Part shown: in pieces, positions 30,776 through 38,853 of the stretch
How positions within the stretch are numbered: the first letter of the stretch is position 1
Layout of the letters: each line of letters opens with the position of its first letter
Assembly: GCA_963789335.1 (NCBI GenBank)
Contig: CAWBKH010000005.1
Span: 273,948-337,947, forward strand
Reading direction: 5' to 3'
Origin: an uncultured Verrucomicrobiae bacterium
Lineage (GTDB): Bacteria; Verrucomicrobiota; Verrucomicrobiia; Limisphaerales; UBA11358
Length of the DNA stretch: 64,000 nt
Position numbers and translations under genes: made by a program
The notes under the pieces: generated by a model
Databases searched by the model: none
Told to the model about the DNA's origin: nothing
What the model saw: only the letters and a program-made list of their open reading frames with translations

Positions 30776-31636
30776 ATGAAAACAGCCTGGCAACAAACCG
30801 TGTTGACTCAGATTAAACGATTGCGTTCCTTGACTGGCACCGCGATGACCGTATTGGGATTGCTCGGCGGTGGAACGCTCACGGCCTGCGGCGGCTGGAC
30901 GCTCGTATGGAGCGACGAGTTTAACGGCGCCGCGGTTGACACGAATCATTGGAGGTTTGAGACAGGAAATCATCACGGCTGGGGCAACCACGAACTCGAG
31001 TATTACACCGGACGTTCCGAAAATGCCTACGTCAGCAACGGGTTGCTCCACATTGTGGCCCGAAGGGAATCAACCAACGGGTTTTCCTACACCTCGGCCC
31101 GGATGAAAACCGAGGGATTCTTTGCCAAAAAGTATGGGCGGTTTGAGTTCCGCGCCAAACTTCCCGCGGGTCAGGGCTTTTGGCCGGCCATCTGGCTGAT
31201 GCCCGAAAACTCCCATTATGGTCGCTGGCCGAACTCTGGTGAAATTGATATCGTGGAAAACAGAGGCTCCCATCCCGGACAAGAAGGAGGAACCATTCAT
31301 TTTAGCGGCCCCGATGGGAATCACGTTTACCATGGAAAGACCTACCACTTTCCAAGCGGGGAATCGGTCACGGGTTTTCACATCTATGACCTGATTTGGT
31401 CAACCAATTCAATCCAGTGGTTCGTGGATGGCAAGCTTTACGAAACGCAGTCCCACTGGTCCACGGCGAGAGCTCCCTATCCTGCGCCTTTTGACCAACC
31501 TTTCTATATCATCATGAATCTGGCCGTTGGCGGGGACTACGGAGGTGATCCGGACCAGCACACGGTTTTCCCCGGCGAAATGGATGTGGATTACATTCGT
31601 GTCTATGACCACGTCGCGCCCGATTCAGTTCGGTGA
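30776..31636 (+). CDS. GH16 glucanase-like lipoprotein
   Basis: Lipobox-like LTAC; WSDEFNG...WGNHELEYYT...GEIDIVE. Start set at ATG 30776 (the track ORF starts at 30740). Confidence 0.85.
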   Translation: MKTAWQQTVLTQIKRLRSLTGTAMTVLGLLGGGTLTACGGWTLVWSDEFNGAAVDTNHWRFETGNHHGWGNHELEYYTGRSENAYVSNGLLHIVARRESTNGFSYTSARMKTEGFFAKKYGRFEFRAKLPAGQGFWPAIWLMPENSHYGRWPNSGEIDIVENRGSHPGQEGGTIHFSGPDGNHVYHGKTYHFPSGESVTGFHIYDLIWSTNSIQWFVDGKLYETQSHWSTARAPYPAPFDQPFYIIMNLAVGGDYGGDPDQHTVFPGEMDVDYIRVYDHVAPDSVR

Positions 31637-31870
31637 TTTGAAGTCGCTTCTGGATCGCAACCGAACGCAAATCCTCCCGAATTGGATCGGTCGCTTTGGA
31701 AAATTATTTTCAAAACATGAAGAGCATCTGGCTAAATCAAATAGCCTTTTGATTATACTCAAGATAATTGTTTATCTTCAAGCTTCCTGTGCCACCGGCT
31801 GCGTCTGTCGCCGCGCGGGAAATATTAGAAACCCGATTTGTGTGCTATTTTTCTTTACATTTATTCCGTT

Positions 31871-31890
31871 GTGTGATTGAATAGTCACAC
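31871..31890. promoter_or_regulatory. Palindrome GTGTGA-N8-TCACAC upstream of the GH3 gene
   Basis: gtgtgattgaatagtcacac, about 85 nt before ATG 31975, in an AT-rich leader. Candidate operator; no regulator gene is seen nearby. Confidence 0.25.
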
Positions 31891-31974
31891 ACTGGAAAGA
31901 ATCCGCCCTATGGGGCTAAATCTTCTTATGAAATTATGAAAAATTGTCTAGCAGAACGCCGGTCGGTTGATTTT

Positions 31975-34900
31975 ATGCATCGTCTTCGCCCTTGGATTCC
32001 GCTGAACGTCATTGTCGCGGTTTGTTTCGTCGGGTTTTTTTGCGCCATGCCACTCCATCTCCAAGCGCAGGCTTGGACGAACACAACCCTTTCAGCGAGC
32101 CAGCGCGCCACTCTGTTGCTTGCCCAAATGACTTTCAGTGAGAAAGCGGCCATGGTTTACGGCACGGCAGGCCCGACTGGTAGTAACTATGTGGGCAACA
32201 TTGCCAACAACACCCGGCTCGGCATTCCCTGGTTGTTTTTGAACGACGGACCTGCCGGACTTCGTCTTTCAGACACCAGCACCACAGCCTTTCCCGCGCC
32301 CATTGACATCGCGGCGAGTTGGGACACGGCGCTGGCGCGGCAATACGGCAGCCAAATAGGCGCCCAATGCCGCGGCAAAGGCGTTGAAGTTCTATTGGGG
32401 CCGATGATGAACATGGCGCGGGTGTATGAGGACGGGCGGGCTTTTGAAGGCTACGGCGAAGATCCATACCTTTCGGGGGCGATGGCGGCGGCGGAAATTC
32501 CCGGCATCCAAAGCCAGGGCGTCATCGCCACGGCAAAACATTTTGTGTGCAATGATCAGGAGATCAACCGCACAACGATCAGCGCCGACGTGGACCCACG
32601 CACCCTCCAGGAAATCTATGAGGTGCCATTTCGCGCCTCCGTGCGGGCCGGGGTTGGCGCGGTCATGGCCTCTTACAATCTGGTGAATAGCGTTCATGCG
32701 TGCGAGTTGCCGGCGCTCAATACCGACTTGAAAAAGGAGTATGGATTCAAGGGCTGGATCATGAGCGATTGGGGGGCGGCTTTCACCACCGTGGGTGGCA
32801 TGAATAATGGCCTCGATATGGATATGTATAGTGGCCCATTTGCAGCCAATAACATCACCACCGCCATTCAATCGGGCAATGTTCCGGCTTCGGAATTGGA
32901 CGGCATGGTGCTGCGGATTCTCACCACCATGTTTCAATTCGGTTTCTTCGACAATCCTCCCACCGGAAATCTAAATTCGACGGTGACGAGTTCGGCCAAT
33001 AATCTGTTTGCGCGCAGCGCCGCTGCGGAGGGAATGGTCTTGTTGCAAAACAATGGCGGCGTGCTGCCGCTGAATTCATCGTTGCATTCAATTGCCGTAA
33101 TTGGTTCCGTGGCGAGCGCGAATGCGTTTTCAGTGGGCGCCGGTTCCGCGAGCGTGAACCTGCCTTACAACATCACGCCACTGGCGGGAATCACCAGCCG
33201 CGCGGGAGGCGGCGTCACCATCAATTACGCCCAGGGTGACGGCGCCAGCCTCGCCGCCGCAGTCCAGGCAGCCAGCAATTCCGCCGTCGCGATCGTATGT
33301 GTTGGCCAGCAAACCAGCGAAGGTTCCGATCGCTCCAGTCTTTCATTGCCCAACGGCCAGGATGCGCTCATCAGTGCCGTGGCCGCTGTGAACACCAACA
33401 CGATTGTCGTTATGTACGAGTCCTCCGCCACGTTGATGCCTTGGGCCAATCAGGTTGCGGGAATTGTGATGGCGTGGTATCCGGGGCAGGAAAATGGCAA
33501 CGCTCTGGCGCAGGTCCTGTTCGGGGACATTAACCCTTCAGGAAAACTGCCGGTAAGCATTCCTCCCTCTGCAAGCCAGGTGCCCACGAGCACCACCGCC
33601 CAATGGCCTGGCATCAACCTGCACGCGGCTTACTCCGAAGGGCTGGAAATCGGTTATCGCTGGTATGACGCGAACAACGTGACTCCGTTGTTCCCGTTTG
33701 GTTTCGGTTTGTCCTACACGACGTTCGGTTACAGCAACCTCACTGTCAGCGCCGTCAGTCCTTCGGGGCAGGTGCAAATCGGCTTCGATCTGACCAACAC
33801 GGGCAATCTCACCGGCGCTGAAGTGCCCCAGCTCTATCTGGGCTTTCCCGCCGCCGCCGGTGAGCCGCCGAAATTGCTCAAAGGCTTTCAAAAAATCTCC
33901 TTGTCGCCGGGTCAGACACAGCACGTCACGTTCAATCTGGATTGGGAAGATCTGGCCGATTGGGACGCCACCGCGCGCGGCTGGATTGTGACGCCGGGCA
34001 GTTTTCAAGTGATGGTCGGCGCTTCCTCGCGGGACATCCGTTTGACCGGGGCGTTCACGGTTGCGTCGGTGCCTTCCAGTGATCTGGCAAACGCGGCGCT
34101 CCAACAACCGGTCACCGTTTCCTCCACGCTTTCCACGAACACTCCGGGTGCGGCCGCCGTGGACGGAGATCCCACCTCAGCTTGGACCTCGCTGGCCAGC
34201 GACCCACAATGGATTAAGGTGGATCTCGGTTTAATTAAAGACCTGTTCCGGGTCCGGCTGCATTGGAACACCAATTATGCGAGCAGCTACAACATTCAAA
34301 TTTCGCCAGACGGAACCAATTGGACGACGCTGTTCACGACCAACAATGACACGGGCGGCACGGAGGACATTCTGGTTTCGGGCCGTGGCCGGTACGTGCA
34401 GATTAACGGAACGCAGCAAGGTTTGCCGGGCGCGGGTTATTCGCTGTCGGAGTTGGAAGTTTATTCGCAGCCGCAAGAGCCTTTTGGGGGGACCGTTCCC
34501 ACCATGTCGGGAGGCACGAACATCATCCAGGCGGAGAACTACGATACGGGCGGCGAGAGTGTGGCCTACTATAACACCACGGTAGGCAATCCGGGCGGGG
34601 TTTACCGGTCGGATGACGTGGGGATTGAACCCACCTCGGACACGGGCGGCGGCTACGATGTGAACTCGCTCAACACCGGCGAATGGCTGGAATACACGGT
34701 CAACCTGCCGTATCCCACGGCCAACTACACCATCAGCCTCCGTGTGGCGGCACCTGCGGCCGGCGGTCAACTGCGGGTGCGGCTCAACGGCACCGTGCTG
34801 GGCACGGTCGCCATTCCCAACACAGGTGGCGCTCAAAGCTGGCAGACGGTCACCTTGCCGACGGTTTCCCTGACGGGTAACATCGGGAGTCAGGCACTGC

Positions 34901-36171
34901 GGTTGGAAGTGATTACTAATGGATTTAGTATCAACTGGATTGGCTTGAGTACGCCGATGCCTACGGTTCCGGCCGCCCCAACGGGATTGACAGCAGGCAC
35001 CGGCACCGCGGCAGTTTATCTGAGTTGGAACGCTTCCGCCGGTGCAACCGCTTACAATGTAAAACGCGCGCTGGTCAGCGGTGGACCATACACTACCATC
35101 GCCAGTTCCACCGCGAACAGCTACGTTGACCCCGCCGTTTCCACTTGCTCCAGTTACTACTATGTGGTTTCAGCCACGAACTCTCTTGGCGAAAGCCCCA
35201 ACTCGAGTGAGGCAGCCGCGACACTGGGCGCCTTTGCATTGGCCGTGAACTCGGGTGGCAGCGCGGCGAACCAGTTCATCACGGACGGATATTATTCGGG
35301 CGGCACCGCCGCCTCGACCACGGCGGCAATCGACACCAGCGCCGTGACCTCTCCCGCACCCCAGGCGGTTTATCAAACCGAACGCTACGGCAACTTCACC
35401 TACACTTTCACCAACTTGACGCAGGGCGTGAACTACCTGGTGCGCCTTCACTTTGCAGAAATTTATTGGACTGGCACAAACGATCGGATCTTCAACGTTT
35501 TCATCAACGGCAATGAAGTCCTGACGAACTTTGACGTTTTCGCCGTGTCCGGCGGCGAGGACATTGCGAACATCCAACAGTTTATGGTGGCTCCTAACAC
35601 CACGAATGCGATTGTCATCCAGTACGTCACCGTCAAGGACAACGCCAAATCCAGCGGCATCGAAATCCTCCTCCCGCCGCCGGCCGCGGCGGTGGGTTTG
35701 ACGGCGACCGCAAGCAACTCGCTGGTGGCCTTGAGTTGGAACACCGTAAGCGGAGCCACCAGCTACAACGTGGAACGCTCGGGGGTCAGCGGTGGGCCGT
35801 ACACCCTGTTGTTCAGCAGACTGACCGTTACCAACTACACTGATTCCGTGGTGACGAATGGGACGACATATTACTATGTGGTTTTGGCGGTCAATAACGG
35901 CTGTGCTGGCCCCAACTCCCTCCAGGTTAGTGCCACGCCCAATCGGCTAATCGTGCCTGCCCTCTATGGCGCTTCCATCACCAACGGCCAGTTTGGATTT
36001 TGGATCAACACCAATAGTACAGGGACGAACTACACGCTCATGGCTTCCACCAATTTGACTTCCTGGATTCCAATATTCACATCCAATTTGCCGTTGTTGC
36101 CATTCTTTTGGGTGGATACCAATTCCCCGGCCTATCCGGTTCGTTTCTACCGTACCGTCCTGGGGCCATGA
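31975..36171 (+). CDS. Multidomain GH3 beta-glucosidase: GH3 N+C, discoidin (F5/8 type C), CBM6-like, Fn3, malectin-like, Fn3, shared C-terminal domain
   Basis: KGWIMSDWGA nucleophile region. AAVDGDPTSAWTS...YSLSELEVY (discoidin). IQAENYDTGGESVAYYN (CBM6-like). YQTERYGNFTYTF...HFAEIYW (malectin-like). Tail ends VRFYRTVLGP. Confidence 0.85.
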   Translation: MHRLRPWIPLNVIVAVCFVGFFCAMPLHLQAQAWTNTTLSASQRATLLLAQMTFSEKAAMVYGTAGPTGSNYVGNIANNTRLGIPWLFLNDGPAGLRLSDTSTTAFPAPIDIAASWDTALARQYGSQIGAQCRGKGVEVLLGPMMNMARVYEDGRAFEGYGEDPYLSGAMAAAEIPGIQSQGVIATAKHFVCNDQEINRTTISADVDPRTLQEIYEVPFRASVRAGVGAVMASYNLVNSVHACELPALNTDLKKEYGFKGWIMSDWGAAFTTVGGMNNGLDMDMYSGPFAANNITTAIQSGNVPASELDGMVLRILTTMFQFGFFDNPPTGNLNSTVTSSANNLFARSAAAEGMVLLQNNGGVLPLNSSLHSIAVIGSVASANAFSVGAGSASVNLPYNITPLAGITSRAGGGVTINYAQGDGASLAAAVQAASNSAVAIVCVGQQTSEGSDRSSLSLPNGQDALISAVAAVNTNTIVVMYESSATLMPWANQVAGIVMAWYPGQENGNALAQVLFGDINPSGKLPVSIPPSASQVPTSTTAQWPGINLHAAYSEGLEIGYRWYDANNVTPLFPFGFGLSYTTFGYSNLTVSAVSPSGQVQIGFDLTNTGNLTGAEVPQLYLGFPAAAGEPPKLLKGFQKISLSPGQTQHVTFNLDWEDLADWDATARGWIVTPGSFQVMVGASSRDIRLTGAFTVASVPSSDLANAALQQPVTVSSTLSTNTPGAAAVDGDPTSAWTSLASDPQWIKVDLGLIKDLFRVRLHWNTNYASSYNIQISPDGTNWTTLFTTNNDTGGTEDILVSGRGRYVQINGTQQGLPGAGYSLSELEVYSQPQEPFGGTVPTMSGGTNIIQAENYDTGGESVAYYNTTVGNPGGVYRSDDVGIEPTSDTGGGYDVNSLNTGEWLEYTVNLPYPTANYTISLRVAAPAAGGQLRVRLNGTVLGTVAIPNTGGAQSWQTVTLPTVSLTGNIGSQALRLEVITNGFSINWIGLSTPMPTVPAAPTGLTAGTGTAAVYLSWNASAGATAYNVKRALVSGGPYTTIASSTANSYVDPAVSTCSSYYYVVSATNSLGESPNSSEAAATLGAFALAVNSGGSAANQFITDGYYSGGTAASTTAAIDTSAVTSPAPQAVYQTERYGNFTYTFTNLTQGVNYLVRLHFAEIYWTGTNDRIFNVFINGNEVLTNFDVFAVSGGEDIANIQQFMVAPNTTNAIVIQYVTVKDNAKSSGIEILLPPPAAAVGLTATASNSLVALSWNTVSGATSYNVERSGVSGGPYTLLFSRLTVTNYTDSVVTNGTTYYYVVLAVNNGCAGPNSLQVSATPNRLIVPALYGASITNGQFGFWINTNSTGTNYTLMASTNLTSWIPIFTSNLPLLPFFWVDTNSPAYPVRFYRTVLGP

Positions 36172-36255
36172 CCATCTGAGGGCTTTGGCACGCCAGCCAT
36201 GAAACCGGATTGACCGAAAAATAGTGGCTGGCGTCTTGCTTGTTGGTCGGATTGG

Positions 36256-36534
36256 ATGCCAGATGTTTCCTCCAAATATTCGCTCTACGAATTTGAAGTT
36301 TATCCCGCCCTCGCGCCGTCGCTGTCCATCGCCCTCAGCGGGACAAACGTCGTCATTACCTGGCCGACGTCGGCGACCAGTTGGCCGCTACAGACAGCGC
36401 CAGTGTTGGGATTGCCCGGCAACTGGAACAACCTGACGACCGCTCCCTTGTTCCTGAATTCAGCTTACGTTGTCACCAATTCGGTCGGTTCTACGGAGCA
36501 ATGTTACCGCTTCGAACAGAACCCCTGGAGATGA
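36256..36534 (+). pseudogene. Orphan 3' remnant: end of a discoidin domain plus the shared C-terminal domain
   Basis: YSLYEFEVY (compare YSLSELEVY in the GH3) followed by ...VVITWPTSATSWPLQ...EQCYRFEQNP. No signal peptide or catalytic part upstream. Confidence 0.5.
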
Positions 36535-36648
36535 CCTTCGCGCGCTAAAATCTTTTTTTAGACAGCGGTCGGACCTCTGGGGCGCAGCGCGGTGTAGGTC
36601 AAAAAGGCCGGCGGGCCGATCGCAGCGCAGATCGCAGCGCGATCCAAC

Positions 36649-36678
36649 TTGTCAACGTGCCGCGGTTTTAGCTATAGA
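36649..36678 (+). promoter_or_regulatory. Candidate sigma70-like promoter in a block duplicated at 38767
   Basis: TTGTCA-N18-TATAGA inside a roughly 55-bp block conserved upstream of both tandem paralogs. Confidence 0.3.
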
Positions 36679-36734
36679 AATGGACGTGGCCAAACTCCCG
36701 ACCCGCTGCGGCTGAGTAGCAATTGCCAGATATT

Positions 36735-38525
36735 ATGCGCCGACCTGCGACCCAATCCAGACCCGCCCGGATAAGCGCAGCCACTCCGGCCATGCCCCGG
36801 TCGCGTTTTCCGGTGTGGCTGATGGCCGCCTTGCTGGGATTGGTAACCCTGGCCCTTTACTGGCCGGCGATGCAGTGTAATTTCATCAACTTTGATGATC
36901 CGGAGTATGTCACTGCGAATCCTCATGTTCAGGGTGGTTTGAACTGGGAGGGGGTGAAATGGGCGTTTTGCAACACGCAACAAGCCGCCTATTGGGCGCC
37001 GGTCCTGTGGTTGTCTCACATGCTGGCTTGGCAATTCTTCGGGTCAAATCCTTGGGGGCATCACCTGATTAATGTGCTGCTTCACGCAGCGAACACGGCC
37101 CTGATTTTTCTCGTTTTTCAACGAATGTCGCGGGCGACTTGGCGAAGCTTTGTGTTGGCGGCATTATTCGGGTGGCATCCGCTCCGGGTGGAATCGGTCG
37201 CTTGGGTCACGGAACGCAAGGATGTGTTGAGCACACTCTTCTGGATGCTGACCCTGTGGGCCTACGCGAAATATGTTGAATCAATCCGAGTTCGGGATTC
37301 AAGATCCAAAGTCTGGTATGGCGCGGCCCTCGTGATGTTTGCGTTTGGATTAATGAGCAAGGCGATGCTGGTGACGGTACCCTGCGTTTTACTGCTGCTG
37401 GACTATTGGCCGCTCCAAAGAGTGACGAGTGACAAGTGGCAGGTGGCAAGCATTTGGCGATTGGTCCGGGAGAAAATCCCGTTCTTTGGCCTGGCAGCAG
37501 TGGCGAGCGTCGTGACTTTCGCGGTGCAGAAGCAGGCAGGCGCTGTGGAGACGGTTAAAAGTCTGCCAGTTGGAGCACGCGTAGGGAACGCCTTGATTTC
37601 CTACTGCCGCTATCTGGGGAAGCTGTTCTGGCCGACGGACCTGGCCGTCTTGTATCCGCACCCCGGGTATTGGCCGATGGAGCAGGTGCTCCTGGCGGGT
37701 ATGTTTTTGTGTAGCATTTCGGTGCTGCTATGGGTGAAGCGGTGGCGTTATCCCTTTTTGCTAATGGGGTGGCTCTGGTTTATCGGGACGCTGGTGCCCG
37801 TAATTCAACTTGTGCAGTCAGGCGTACAGGCGATGGCCGACCGTTTCACTTATGTGCCGTCACTTGGGATATTGATCCTCACAATCTGGGGTATGTATGA
37901 ACTAACCAGGCGGTGGCGTTACCATCAGATTGGATTGGCGGTAGCAGGATTGGCGGCGATTATCTTGTGCATGGCGTTAACGCGGCAACAACTTGGCTAT
38001 TGGAAGGACAGTGAAACACTATTTCGGCATGCGCTTGCTGTCACGGAGAACAATTCGATGGCACGCCTCGACCTCGGCATGGCCCTTGAGACGAAAGGCC
38101 AGTTCGACGAAGCGATCCGCCAATATCAGGAAGCCATCCGCCTGAATCCGGATTACGCCGATGCCCACTTCAACCTCGGCACCGCTTTCGGTCTGAAAGG
38201 CCAACTCGACGCGGCGATCGGCCAATTCCAGGAAGCCATCCGCCTGAATCCGGATTACGCGGACGCCTACTTCAACCTCGGTGCCGCCCTCGACAGGAAA
38301 GGCCAAATTGACGAGGCGATTATCCAATTCCAAGAAGCCATTCGCCTGAAGCCGGATGACGCGGACGCCCACTTCATCCTCGGCGAACTCCTCTTCAACC
38401 AAGGCCAACTCAACGAGGCGATTATCCAATTTCAAGAAGCCATTCGCCTGAAGCCGGATTTCGCCCAGGCACAAACCAGCCTCGCGCGGGCACTGGAAAA
38501 GAAGAATGTTCCATCAGGCCGTTGA
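36735..38525 (+). CDS. TMTC/PMT_2-like GT-C membrane protein with C-terminal TPR array
   Basis: FINFDDPEYVTANPHV...NPWGHHLINVLLHAANT...GWHPLRVESVAWVTERKDVL mirrors the TMTC (DUF1736) pattern. About 10 TM segments, then TPRs. Intact. Confidence 0.8.
   Translation: MRRPATQSRPARISAATPAMPRSRFPVWLMAALLGLVTLALYWPAMQCNFINFDDPEYVTANPHVQGGLNWEGVKWAFCNTQQAAYWAPVLWLSHMLAWQFFGSNPWGHHLINVLLHAANTALIFLVFQRMSRATWRSFVLAALFGWHPLRVESVAWVTERKDVLSTLFWMLTLWAYAKYVESIRVRDSRSKVWYGAALVMFAFGLMSKAMLVTVPCVLLLLDYWPLQRVTSDKWQVASIWRLVREKIPFFGLAAVASVVTFAVQKQAGAVETVKSLPVGARVGNALISYCRYLGKLFWPTDLAVLYPHPGYWPMEQVLLAGMFLCSISVLLWVKRWRYPFLLMGWLWFIGTLVPVIQLVQSGVQAMADRFTYVPSLGILILTIWGMYELTRRWRYHQIGLAVAGLAAIILCMALTRQQLGYWKDSETLFRHALAVTENNSMARLDLGMALETKGQFDEAIRQYQEAIRLNPDYADAHFNLGTAFGLKGQLDAAIGQFQEAIRLNPDYADAYFNLGAALDRKGQIDEAIIQFQEAIRLKPDDADAHFILGELLFNQGQLNEAIIQFQEAIRLKPDFAQAQTSLARALEKKNVPSGR
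38130..38470 (+). repeat. 102-bp tandem units (about 3.3) encoding TPRs
   Basis: Units start at 38130, 38232, 38334 and 38436 (gaagccatccgcctgaa...). Confidence 0.85.
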
Positions 38526-38766
38526 GCCATGGGTGGGGCAGTTGGAAAAGCCAGGCACCTTTTTCGCCGGACCGCTTGCTCTGACAGAGCAAATCTTCAA
38601 TGGAGCGAAGCTCGCGGAAACATTTTGCCAATGAGTTCCTCCAATATTTTGCGGATGACTCGACCCATTCTTTGCCACGCAGGATCTAGTTACAAAGTTG
38701 TACGCTGACTGCAAGCGCAGCGGGTGTGGCGCAGAAAGGACGGCGTGCCCCTGGCAGCGATTCACC

Positions 38767-38796
38767 TTGTCAACGTGGCGCGGTTCCGGCTACAAA
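38767..38796 (+). promoter_or_regulatory. Candidate promoter, paralogous copy
   Basis: TTGTCA-N18-TACAAA in the duplicated upstream block. Confidence 0.25.
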
Positions 38797-38853
38797 AATG
38801 GACGTGGCCAGGTTTTCGACCTCCCGAAGTTGAGCAGTAATTGATGGAATGTT

